From the NCBI GenBank assembly GCA_001430755.1, contig CP013062.1:420001-452000 (forward strand): a stretch of DNA of 32,000 nt. The letters are read 5' to 3'. Below the pieces are notes generated by a model, which did not search any database, had not been told where the DNA came from, and saw only the letters and a program-made list of their open reading frames with translations. Every line of letters starts with the position of its first letter. Position 1 is the stretch's first letter. This DNA comes from Candidatus Peribacter riflensis. Its GTDB lineage: Bacteria > Patescibacteriota > Gracilibacteria > Peribacterales > Peribacteraceae. Of this stretch, positions 23,379 to 31,504 are shown in pieces. The position numbers and the translations under genes were made by a program.

Positions 23379-23759
23379 TTACGCCGCAGCGCTGGCCGGG
23401 GCTGCTTCTGCGGGGGGAGGAGCGGGGGGAGGGGCTGCGGGGGCGCTGGCAGCGGCTGCTGCAGGAACCTCTTCGCTCTTGGATTTCTTCTTGGTGTAGC
23501 GCTGGATGAATTTCTCCATCCCTTTCATGCCCTGTTTCTGGAGCAAACGGGCTGCGGTGTCGCTGAGGGCGGCGCCGCGCTGCATCCAGAATTCCACACG
23601 GTCCGTCTTCACCTCGAGCACTGCGGGATCGCGTGCGGGCAGGTAGTGGCCGATAATCTCCAAAAACTTGCCCTTCACCGGTCGTGCCTTCTCGGCGACG
23701 ACGAGACGGTAGGTGGGCAGATTTTCGCGGCCGGTGCGTTGCAGTCGAATGATGAGCAT
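23379..23759 (-). CDS. rpsP: 30S ribosomal protein S16 with Ala/Pro-rich C-terminal extension
   Basis: MLIIRLQRTGRENLPTYRLVVAEKARPVKGKFLEIIGHYLP is the canonical S16 N-terminus. The roughly 35-aa tail reads AAAAASAPAAPPPAPPPAEAAPASAAA. Confidence 0.92.
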   Translation of the reverse strand: MLIIRLQRTGRENLPTYRLVVAEKARPVKGKFLEIIGHYLPARDPAVLEVKTDRVEFWMQRGAALSDTAARLLQKQGMKGMEKFIQRYTKKKSKSEEVPAAAAASAPAAPPPAPPPAEAAPASAAA

Positions 23760-23938
23760 AATGCGTGAGAGACAAACCTACGGTTTTTCTCTCACGGGCT
23801 CACTTTTCCCCTGAGAGGTGCGGCTCCAGCGCGGGAACCCGCGAGACCCGCGCTTCGCCGCGATTATTCTTTTTCGGCGGAGCAAGATTTGCTTGCGAGT
23901 CAGAAAGAAGCACGCCTGTACCGTAAACAGGCTGGCTG

Positions 23939-23967
23939 AGTGTAAAGAAGTGCGATGGACCGTGCAA
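23939..23967 (-). promoter_or_regulatory. candidate rpsP promoter
   Basis: Minus strand reads TTGCAC (23967-23962), 17-nt spacer, TACACT (23944-23939). This implies a leader of roughly 170 nt. Confidence 0.4.
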
Positions 23968-23985
23968 GCGGGAATGGCGCTTTCC

Positions 23986-24306
23986 TCAGGTTTTTTTTCG
24001 TTCCGGCTCCGCGCGCGTCCGGACGAGACGAATGGTGCGAACGGGAAGAAATCCGCACTCCTCGCGGAGGAAGATCTTGAGGTGGGGGAGGGCGGCCAGG
24101 CACTCCTGGGCGGCGGAGGACTGGTCGCATTCAATGAGGAGGGTGCCGTCTTCCTGCAGAGCGCGTGGGGTGAGGATGGTCCGGTGGGCAGGCAGGTGCT
24201 CAGACAGCCATGCGCTTGCCCGGTGCAGGACGAGGGCGGCATCGGCATGCTGTGTGAGGCCGCGCTTCTGCAGAACTGCCGGAAGGATGTGGCTGAGGCG
24301 ATCCAT
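23986..24306 (-). CDS. DUF721 / DciA-like protein
   Basis: 106 aa. The pattern MDRLSHILPAVLQKRGL..A.VLHRASAWL....P..L.DGTLLIEC.....AQE......L matches the DUF721 layout as I remember it. Confidence 0.5.
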   Translation of the reverse strand: MDRLSHILPAVLQKRGLTQHADAALVLHRASAWLSEHLPAHRTILTPRALQEDGTLLIECDQSSAAQECLAALPHLKIFLREECGFLPVRTIRLVRTRAEPERKKT

Positions 24307-24357
24307 ACGTGAGAGGGGTGGGCCTCTCAGTCTAGCGTAAGGTAGGATGAGTTGGCT

Positions 24358-25494
24358 ATGACTGATTCAAAGCACACGGTTCTCTTCCTCGATCAGTACG
24401 GGGATATCGGCGGGGGACAGCGGATCCTGCTGGACCTGGTGTCCGGCGCGCGCTCGCGTGGACTAGAGGTGCGTCTGCTCTGTCCTGTTGGTCCGCTCGC
24501 CGAAGAAGCGGCGCGGCGCGGCGCCCGGGTCTATCCGCTTTCTCTCCCGCATGTCCAAAGCGGGCGGAAGACTCTTCGCAACTATGTGCGCATGTGGTTC
24601 TTCTCGCGCCGCGTGGCCCGGGAACACCAGGCTGCGGCTGAAGGATGCCACCTGCTCGTGGTGAACGGGTTGCGTCTGTTGATGGTCGCGCGGGTCTGGG
24701 GGGAACGGTTTGCGTTGCCGACCGTTCTCTATCTGCATGGCGTGCATCACGGCATCGCGCAGTGGCTCATCGCATCTTTCCTCCGGCGTCCGCGCACCGC
24801 GGCGATCGCACCCTCCCCGTTCGTGGCCGCCCCGTTCATACACCTCTCCAACGTGCATGAGATTGCGAACTGGGTTGCACCGGAATTCCTCTCGTCTCCC
24901 CGCGACTCGCTCACGCTTCGACGTTCACTCGCGATCACCGATGAGGATCCCATCGTGCTCGTGCCCGGGCGGCTCTCGGTGACGAAAGGACAGCTGCTCA
25001 TCCTGCAGGCGCTCGCTCTGCTGCATGATGTTCGTGCGCACTTCGTCTTCGCAGGTGCGCCGCTCTTTGAGGAGAGAGGGAGCGACGTGGAAACCGCAAT
25101 TCGCCGAGCAACGGAACTGGAGCCGGGACGCGTGCACCTGACGCACTGGGAGCAGCCGCTCCCCGCTCTCTTCGACGGAGCCGATCTGGTGATCGTTCCC
25201 TCGGTCTGGCAGGAACCATTCGGGCTTGTGGCACTCGAGGCCATGGCGCGGTCACGGCCGCTCATCGTCACCGATCGGGGGATGCTGCCCCGCCTGGCAG
25301 GGGACGGACGGTTTGCGGAGGTGGTACCGGCGACTGTCGAGGGAATCGCCGGCGCCATCCGGTGCTGCTTGCAGGACCCGTCGACATGCGTGCGTCGCGC
25401 GATGGGGGGGCGTGCACAGGTGGAGGACGCTTATCACCCTGCCCGGCAGATGGAAAAAGTGTTTGCCCTCTTCGACCGCCTCTGCCACACATGA
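24358..25494 (+). CDS. GT4-family (GT-B) glycosyltransferase
   Basis: N-terminal GGGQRILLDL and the C-terminal Glycos_transf_1 signature PSVWQEPFGLVALEAMA. ATG 24358 is preferred over the track's TTG 24352. Confidence 0.8.
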   Translation: MTDSKHTVLFLDQYGDIGGGQRILLDLVSGARSRGLEVRLLCPVGPLAEEAARRGARVYPLSLPHVQSGRKTLRNYVRMWFFSRRVAREHQAAAEGCHLLVVNGLRLLMVARVWGERFALPTVLYLHGVHHGIAQWLIASFLRRPRTAAIAPSPFVAAPFIHLSNVHEIANWVAPEFLSSPRDSLTLRRSLAITDEDPIVLVPGRLSVTKGQLLILQALALLHDVRAHFVFAGAPLFEERGSDVETAIRRATELEPGRVHLTHWEQPLPALFDGADLVIVPSVWQEPFGLVALEAMARSRPLIVTDRGMLPRLAGDGRFAEVVPATVEGIAGAIRCCLQDPSTCVRRAMGGRAQVEDAYHPARQMEKVFALFDRLCHT

Positions 25495-26297
25495 CAATCG
25501 GCGAGCTCCTCCAGACCAGTGGAATAGACAGGGCCGATGCCGAGCTGCTGGTCGCCGCCGCGATGAAAAAGTCCCGCACGTGGGTGATTGCGCATGCAGA
25601 CGATGCCGTGGATGCAGCCGAAAACCGGAAGATCGCCGCGTCGTTCCTCCGCCGGCAGAGCGATGAGCCCGTGAGCTACATCACGGGAGAGAAGGAATTT
25701 TTCAAGCGGATGTTCTCCGTCACCCCCGACGTGCTCATTCCGCGCCCCTCCACCGAGCTTCTCGCCGCTGTCGCGCTCGAGATGATCGACCATCCGCACG
25801 ATAGGGTGCGCGAAGCGGAGGAGGGAATTGCCGTGCTGGCGCATGTCCTCAAGCCCGATAGGCATCCATTCCTCATCGCGGATATCGGCACGGGTTCCGG
25901 GTGCATCGCGATCACACTGGCGCTGGAACGTCCGGATCTTCAGGTGATCGCAACCGATGTGAGTGTGGGGGCGCTCACGGTCGCGCGCAGGAATGCCGAT
26001 CTCCATGCCGTTGCAGGTCGGATGCGATTCTTACAGGGGGAGGATCTGCGGCCGGTGCAGGATGTATCGGAGCCGTTTCTGCTGGTTTCGAATCCCCCCT
26101 ACATTTCCGTGGGAACGCCGCTCATGCGCGATGTCGCCGCATTCGAGCCTCATGCTGCCCTCTTTGCCGGCGCGGACGGGCTCGCCGTGCTCCTGCGGAT
26201 TTGCCGTCAGGCCCGCGCACATCCGCAGTGCGTGGGGGTGGTGCTGGAGTGCCAGCAGAACCAGGTGACCGCGCTTCTCAAGGAGCTCAAAGATTGA
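25491..26297 (+). CDS. prmC: release-factor glutamine N5-methyltransferase PrmC/HemK
   Basis: SAM motif DIGTGSGCIAITLA and catalytic NPPY (LLVSNPPYI). The ATG overlaps the upstream stop as ATGA, and the track's longer 25362 start is inside the GT gene. Confidence 0.85.
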   Translation: MTIGELLQTSGIDRADAELLVAAAMKKSRTWVIAHADDAVDAAENRKIAASFLRRQSDEPVSYITGEKEFFKRMFSVTPDVLIPRPSTELLAAVALEMIDHPHDRVREAEEGIAVLAHVLKPDRHPFLIADIGTGSGCIAITLALERPDLQVIATDVSVGALTVARRNADLHAVAGRMRFLQGEDLRPVQDVSEPFLLVSNPPYISVGTPLMRDVAAFEPHAALFAGADGLAVLLRICRQARAHPQCVGVVLECQQNQVTALLKELKD

Positions 26298-26309
26298 TAC
26301 GCTCTTGCC

Positions 26310-27548
26310 GTGCAGAAACTTCTTCAGTCACTCGGCCCCGTGTGCGCGGTCATCGGCGCGCAGTGGGGGGATGAGGGGAAAGGAAAGGTGATCGATCTTC
26401 TGTCGGAACACTACGACACCGTTGCGCGTGCGTGCGGCGGCGCGAATGCCGGTCATACCATCGTCGTCAAAGGCACGAAGCATATTTTCCACCTGCTCCC
26501 GTCCGGAGCCCTTCATCCGCATACCACCGTCGTGATCGGGTCGGGGTTGGTACTGCACCTGCCGACGTTGCTCGAAGAGATCCGGCTTCTGAAGGAGGCA
26601 GGCATTGATGTGTTGCCGCGGCTCTTCATTGCGGAGGAGGCACACATTGTCTTTGAATTTCATAAAGCCATTGATCTCGCGCTCGAGGAAGAGCGTCGCA
26701 AGAGGGAAGGGAAGGGCATCGGCACCACGGGGCGGGGCATCGGGCCGGCGTACACGGACAAAGCATCGAGGGATGGAACGCGCATGCAGAGTCTTCAGGG
26801 GGACATGCGGCCGGTTCTCGAGCATCATGCCGAACGCGTGCAGCGCCTGTACGGCGTCACAGTCGACATCGAGAAAGAGCTTGCCGCACTCGCACCGGCG
26901 CAGAAGCTTCTGAAGGATCACATCGTCGATACCGTGAAGCTTCTTCACGATCAGCTGGGCGCAGGCAAGAAGCTTCTCGTCGAAGGCGCGCAGGCCAGTC
27001 TTCTAGACCTCGATCACGGCACGTACCCCTATGTCACGAGCAGCCAGACCACCAGTGCGGGTGCCCTGCAGGGATTGGGCATCGCGCCGCGTGTTCTTAC
27101 GGCTTGTATCGGAGTGGCGAAGGCCTACTGCACGCGCGTGGGGGAAGGGGATTTTGCAACGGAAGTGACGGGAGAGACAGGCGACCGGCTCCGTACGCGG
27201 GGAGGGGAGTACGGTTCCACGACGGGGCGCCCGAGGCGATGCGGGTGGCTGAGCATTCCCGATCTCCAGCGTGCCGCGATGGTGAACGGCTTCACGCACT
27301 GGAACATCACCAAGCTCGATGTGCTCGATGAAGAAGCTGAGATCCCTGTCTGTGTCGGCATCGGATCGGACGGAAAGCCAGCATGGAAGAAGCTTTCGGG
27401 CTGGAAGACATCGACGGTCGGGATCACGGAGTTTGCGAAGTTACCGAAAGAGGCGCAACAGTATTTGCAGTTCATCGAGAAGGAGACGGGTGTCCCCGCT
27501 TCGCTCGTCGGCACGGGGCCGGGAAGGGAGCAGATGATTGTACGATAG
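26310..27548 (+). CDS. purA: adenylosuccinate synthetase
   Basis: GAQWGDEGKGKVIDLL, GTTGRGIGPAY and GSTTGRPRRCGW motifs, with a GTG start. Confidence 0.95.
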   Translation: MQKLLQSLGPVCAVIGAQWGDEGKGKVIDLLSEHYDTVARACGGANAGHTIVVKGTKHIFHLLPSGALHPHTTVVIGSGLVLHLPTLLEEIRLLKEAGIDVLPRLFIAEEAHIVFEFHKAIDLALEEERRKREGKGIGTTGRGIGPAYTDKASRDGTRMQSLQGDMRPVLEHHAERVQRLYGVTVDIEKELAALAPAQKLLKDHIVDTVKLLHDQLGAGKKLLVEGAQASLLDLDHGTYPYVTSSQTTSAGALQGLGIAPRVLTACIGVAKAYCTRVGEGDFATEVTGETGDRLRTRGGEYGSTTGRPRRCGWLSIPDLQRAAMVNGFTHWNITKLDVLDEEAEIPVCVGIGSDGKPAWKKLSGWKTSTVGITEFAKLPKEAQQYLQFIEKETGVPASLVGTGPGREQMIVR

Positions 27549-27549
27549 G

Positions 27550-27582
27550 CATGAAAGGGCCACCTACGGTGTCCCTCTCATG
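27550..27582. terminator. near-palindromic hairpin between convergent purA and nadK
   Basis: CATGA-A-AGGG-C-CACC tac GGTG-T-CCCT-C-TCATG gives 13 bp with 2 mismatches and fills the whole 36-nt gap. Confidence 0.55.
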
Positions 27583-27584
27583 AG

Positions 27585-28463
27585 TTATTCCCCCCACCTC
27601 AGTTTCGTCCGCAGTGTTGAAAGAAAGGTATCCTGTTTCCTCCGGAGAAATTTGACCGTGTCTTTGGCCATCGAGCAGTGCACGTGGTCGCGATCCTGCA
27701 GGGGAACGTACATCTGGCCGTCGATCGTCAGGTTCACGTCCACATCGGCGAACTTGCGCACTTTCATGTGCACGCCCACATCCACCTTGCTCTTGCCGCT
27801 GATCACCACCGGCTTCTGCGAGAAGCTGTAGGGATTGATGGGGGTCAGGATGATCGCCGAATCGAAGGCGGGGTGCACGATGGGGCCGCCGGCTGCGAGT
27901 GAGTAGGCGGTGGAACCGGTCGGTGTGGCGACAATGAGCCCGTCGGAGCGGTAGGTGGTGAGAGCTTCTCCGTTCACGGCAGTCTCCAGGTCGATGAGGC
28001 GGGCAATCGTCCCTTGGGCGATTACGGCTTCGTTGAGGGCGTGGCCCGCGAAGAATGTTTTGCGTTTGCGCACTGCCTCGACCTTGAGAAGTCCGCGCTC
28101 ATCAATCATCCCTTCCCCGTTCAGGAGGGCAGGGAGGATGTGGTTCGCTTCGTCGAGTTCGATTTCCGCGAGGAACCCGAGCGTGCCCCGATTGACACTC
28201 AGGATGGGCACCGAAAAATCCTTCATCTCGCGAATCGCGCGCAGGACTGTGCCGTCGCCCCCGATCACCAGCATGAGGTCGATCGTGTGCTTGGGATCCA
28301 TGGGCTCGCATTCCCGTGCGCAGGGGACATCGTGGATGCGGGTGGGATCCACGGCGACTTTGCACTTGAGAGAGCGAAGGATCTTCAAGATGCGCGCGAC
28401 TGCTTCATCCTTGTGGTCGAAGCCGGATTTCACGGTGAGGCCGATCTTCGTGAAACGACGCAT
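27585..28463 (-). CDS. nadK: NAD kinase
   Basis: LMLVIGGDGTVLRA, NRGTLGFL and TPTGSTAYSLAAGGPIV motifs. ATG 28463 (MRRFTKIG) is preferred; the GTG at 28490 is an alternative that would overlap the upstream GT by 10 nt. Confidence 0.9.
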   Translation of the reverse strand: MRRFTKIGLTVKSGFDHKDEAVARILKILRSLKCKVAVDPTRIHDVPCARECEPMDPKHTIDLMLVIGGDGTVLRAIREMKDFSVPILSVNRGTLGFLAEIELDEANHILPALLNGEGMIDERGLLKVEAVRKRKTFFAGHALNEAVIAQGTIARLIDLETAVNGEALTTYRSDGLIVATPTGSTAYSLAAGGPIVHPAFDSAIILTPINPYSFSQKPVVISGKSKVDVGVHMKVRKFADVDVNLTIDGQMYVPLQDRDHVHCSMAKDTVKFLRRKQDTFLSTLRTKLRWGE

Positions 28464-28480
28464 GGGGCCAGTGTACAGGC

Positions 28481-29542
28481 TTACAGGCACCCCTGGACAC
28501 CAGAAAGGAACAGATCGACCGTTCGTTTCCAGCTGAAGGTATTGGCCTGCTGCGGCCCCAATGTCCGCAGACGGGCACGGAGGGAGTCGTCGGTGAGGAG
28601 GGTCTGTAGTCCACGGCTCAGGTCAGCGCTGTCTTCCGGATCCGCGAAGAGGGCGGCATCGCCGGCCACTTCCGACAGGCTGCCGCGCCTGCTCGTGAGC
28701 ACGGGCACGCCGCGCTGCAGGGCATCCAGAACCGGCATGCCGAATCCTTCGTAGAGCGAGGGGAGTGCGAAGACGGTGGCATGTGAGAGCAGCTCTTCGT
28801 ACTCGGCATCCGAGACGTACCCGCGCCAGGTGACACCCGGGGTTTCGCGCGCACTGCGGATGATCTCGCGGTCACTCCAGCCGCGTCCTCCGGCGATGAC
28901 CAGTTGCGTGCGCTGACGCAGAGCTTCGGGCAATAGCGCGAACGCCTGAATGAGCCGCAGTTGATTCTTGCGCGGGCAGAGGGTGCCGATGCTGAGGATC
29001 GTGCGCCCGTCGGGGGTCGCGAGGGGGGCGGAGGCGCGGTAAGGTCCGGCGAAGATGACGGAGACGTTTTCTTCCGGCAGAAAGCGGTAGCGATTGAGCA
29101 GGTCGTGCCTGGTGGCCTCGCTGATCGCGCAGACGTGGCAGGCGGCCGATAGTGCCCGGCGGAGTGTGAGACGCTCGATGATTTGGGCTTTTTTCTGGTG
29201 CGGTTCCCCGCGAAAGGCGATGAGGTCATGGACGAGTGGGATGACCGGCACGTTCCCGCCGATCATGAAGGGAACGATGAAGCTCGTCGGACTGAAGGAG
29301 GTGATGTCCTTGCGATGAGCGGTCAGCCACTGTGCCGCCGAGAAGTGCCAGCGGAGTCCCGCAGGCAGCACCACGCTCTGCACCGACGGACGTTGCCAGG
29401 CGGCGGGGAGCGGCTGGTGGCTGAGGAGGGTCAGCGGCAGTTCCCGCGTGAGCAGCTCGTCGACGAAGCAACGGGTCCAGCGTGCCTTGCCCGTGGGGTG
29501 TGTGCTCAGGGCTTCCCGGACATCAATGGCGAGTCGACGCAT
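28481..29542 (-). CDS. GT4-family glycosyltransferase
   Basis: C-terminal Glycos_transf_1 signature (FALPSLYEGFGMPVLDALQRGVPVLTS) in a 353-aa GT-B architecture. Confidence 0.8.
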   Translation of the reverse strand: MRRLAIDVREALSTHPTGKARWTRCFVDELLTRELPLTLLSHQPLPAAWQRPSVQSVVLPAGLRWHFSAAQWLTAHRKDITSFSPTSFIVPFMIGGNVPVIPLVHDLIAFRGEPHQKKAQIIERLTLRRALSAACHVCAISEATRHDLLNRYRFLPEENVSVIFAGPYRASAPLATPDGRTILSIGTLCPRKNQLRLIQAFALLPEALRQRTQLVIAGGRGWSDREIIRSARETPGVTWRGYVSDAEYEELLSHATVFALPSLYEGFGMPVLDALQRGVPVLTSRRGSLSEVAGDAALFADPEDSADLSRGLQTLLTDDSLRARLRTLGPQQANTFSWKRTVDLFLSGVQGCL

Positions 29543-29571
29543 AGGGACAGTCTAGTGATGGACCGTTCAGG

Positions 29572-30171
29572 GTGCTATGCTTCCCGGCGATGGCTTCCCA
29601 ATTTTTCCGGAAGATGATGGGGTTGGAATTGGAGGAGAAAATCCTCAATGCGGGGGCTGTTGTGGCCATCGTCGGTGTCTTTCTGCCCTGGATCGGCGGC
29701 GAGCAGCTGGGCGGGTCGACCGTGTCCTATTCCGGGTTCGGCTTCTACACCACGATCATCGGTGTCAGCGTCTTCGCCCTGCAGCTCTTCGTGCTGCTCA
29801 TCACCCTGATCCCGCTCACGGGGGGTCCTGTTCTGGTGCGCAAGCGCTACCGCGAAATCGTGCGGCTCTGCGCCACGGCAGAGGCGACGATTCTCATCCT
29901 GGCGGCGCTCTCGGTGCTCATCAAGGTGACCTTGGATCTTGCCCGCATGGAGATCCGTTTCGGTATTTACGTCTCGCTCATCGGCAGTCTCGTCGCCCTG
30001 TTTGAGACATTCCTGCGCTTTCAGGAACAGCGAAAAAGCTTCGTGCAGGAGCTCTTCCGTCATCCGGAGGAGGATGCGCTGCCGGTGGATAAAGAGGAAT
30101 TTTTCGAGGCTCCACCCCCCCCACCCCCTCCGCCGCCCCCTCCGCCCGAGGAGCACCGCATGTACCGGTGA
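29572..30171 (+). CDS. hypothetical 4-TM membrane protein with C-terminal Pro12 tract
   Basis: Four hydrophobic helices, and the C-terminus reads FFEAPPPPPPPPPPPPEEHRMYR. GTG start at 29572, or ATG at 29590. Confidence 0.55.
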   Translation: MLCFPAMASQFFRKMMGLELEEKILNAGAVVAIVGVFLPWIGGEQLGGSTVSYSGFGFYTTIIGVSVFALQLFVLLITLIPLTGGPVLVRKRYREIVRLCATAEATILILAALSVLIKVTLDLARMEIRFGIYVSLIGSLVALFETFLRFQEQRKSFVQELFRHPEEDALPVDKEEFFEAPPPPPPPPPPPPEEHRMYR

Positions 30172-30226
30172 GGACTTTTGCAACTTCTCGCTTATGTCTC
30201 TGCGGATCATGCTCTAGAATGGGGGC

Positions 30227-30559
30227 ATGCCAGAGTACGCCGATTCCGATTTCTTCTACTTCGACACCGAGAAGCGCGTGATTATCGGGCCGGTGCAGTG
30301 GTCGAAGACCGGCACTGTGCAACCGCTCGAAAAACCGGAGACACCCGGAGAAGGACCCGAGCGCAAGTGGCGGGGCAAGCGGCGCAAGGAGTACTACATC
30401 TGGGGCACCTACCGGTCCCTCAAGCGTCTGTACAACCTGGAGGGCAAGACGAGGCGCGAAGAGAACACGCAGACGCTCGACGAAGCCATGGAGCGCTCGC
30501 TCAAAGAACCCTACTGGAATTCGGCGCCTCCGGTCGAGCAGCCGTTAGCGAGCCAGTGA
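30227..30559 (+). CDS. hypothetical basic protein (110 aa)
   Basis: ORF with balanced composition (KWRGKRRKEYYIWGTYRSLKRLYNLEGKTRRE). A TAGAAT hexamer lies 6 nt upstream of the ATG. The 3' end overlaps the convergent fbp by 15 nt. Confidence 0.45.
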   Translation: MPEYADSDFFYFDTEKRVIIGPVQWSKTGTVQPLEKPETPGEGPERKWRGKRRKEYYIWGTYRSLKRLYNLEGKTRREENTQTLDEAMERSLKEPYWNSAPPVEQPLASQ

Positions 30560-31318
30560 GGCGCAGACGCGGGCCACTTCGTTCTTGGAGCCGATGATCA
30601 GCGGGCAGCGCTGGTCCACGGCAGTGATCGGAATATCCAGAATTTCCTTCTCGCCGTCCGTTGCGGCACCTCCTGCCTGTGCAGCGAGATAGGCGAACGG
30701 GCCGCACTCAAAGGCGTGGCGCAGTTTGCCCTGCGGATACTTCTTGCTCGCAGGGAAGGTGAAGATGCCCTGCCCTTTGCTGAAGATGTGATGGACGTCG
30801 GCGACCAGGCAGCCGGAGTACCGCAGGGTCATCTGCTGCGCCATCCACGATTCCACGATGTCGCGGTATCCGTCGGTCTCGTCGATGCCGCGCAGGTTTC
30901 CCGGGCTGAAGTTCTTGGCGTTGTCGCCGATGCCCAGATGCTCACGGAGCAGGACGAATTCCCCCACATCATTCAAGAGGAATTCGTGCACGCCGCTGCC
31001 CGTGGAGTACACGAACAACGTGCGCGGTCCGTAGAGGACGTAGAGAGCAGCCACCTGTTCGCGCGGGGTGTGCCCGATGATTTCTTTGCCTTCGTAGATG
31101 CCGAAGATGGAACCGATGGCCAGATTGGCATCGACGAGGGAAGAGCCGTCTAAGGGGTCGAACGTAACGGAGTAGGGGGCATCGGGCGAGAGCTCCACGA
31201 CGGTGTCGTGCTCCTCGCAGGCGTAGGAGGCCACGAGGCGATTCTCGGCGAGATGCTCCTGGATGATGCGGTCACTGAGCACATCGAGCTTGACCTGTTC
31301 CTCGCCGAACATGTTCAC
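30545..31318 (-). CDS. fbp: class I fructose-1,6-bisphosphatase (canonical-start ORF; homology continues upstream to about 31460)
   Basis: FDPLDGSSLVDANLAIGSIFGIY, YVLYGPRTLFVYS, LRYSGCLVADVHH and GKLRHAFECGPFAYLAAQAGG. The GTG at 31318 is the first canonical start, but the conserved N-terminal helices are encoded further upstream; see findings. Confidence 0.85.
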   Translation of the reverse strand: MNMFGEEQVKLDVLSDRIIQEHLAENRLVASYACEEHDTVVELSPDAPYSVTFDPLDGSSLVDANLAIGSIFGIYEGKEIIGHTPREQVAALYVLYGPRTLFVYSTGSGVHEFLLNDVGEFVLLREHLGIGDNAKNFSPGNLRGIDETDGYRDIVESWMAQQMTLRYSGCLVADVHHIFSKGQGIFTFPASKKYPQGKLRHAFECGPFAYLAAQAGGAATDGEKEILDIPITAVDQRCPLIIGSKNEVARVCASLAR

Positions 31319-31468
31319 CGATCCCGCGAGGCCGGCCTCTGTCGTCTTGATGGCGTAACTGATGTACTTCGCGGCGCGCGCGAGATCATTGATGAGGTGC
31401 CGCAGCTTGTCGGGTGCCTTGGAAACGTGAAAGAGGTGGCCGTTGAGGCTGCGCTGTTCTGCCGGGAC

Positions 31469-31503
31469 GGAGGGGGAGGGGGTCAGGGGGTGAGGGGGGA
31501 GGG
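31469..31503 (+). repeat. G-run tract (G-quadruplex-capable) between gap2 and fbp
   Basis: gg a ggggg a ggggg tca ggggg tga gggggg a ggg is on the plus strand, so the minus-strand mRNA is C-rich. Confidence 0.8.
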
Positions 31504-31504
31504 A

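Noticed and set aside
23760-23985. Possible SRP RNA, 6S or other known ncRNA in the long rpsP upstream gap and in 13404-13658 and 20708-20903
   Set aside because: I could not find the diagnostic motifs, such as the SRP helix-8 GGAA/AGCA symmetric-loop sequence, tmRNA tag or RNase P conserved regions. These regions are reported only as structured leaders or repeats.
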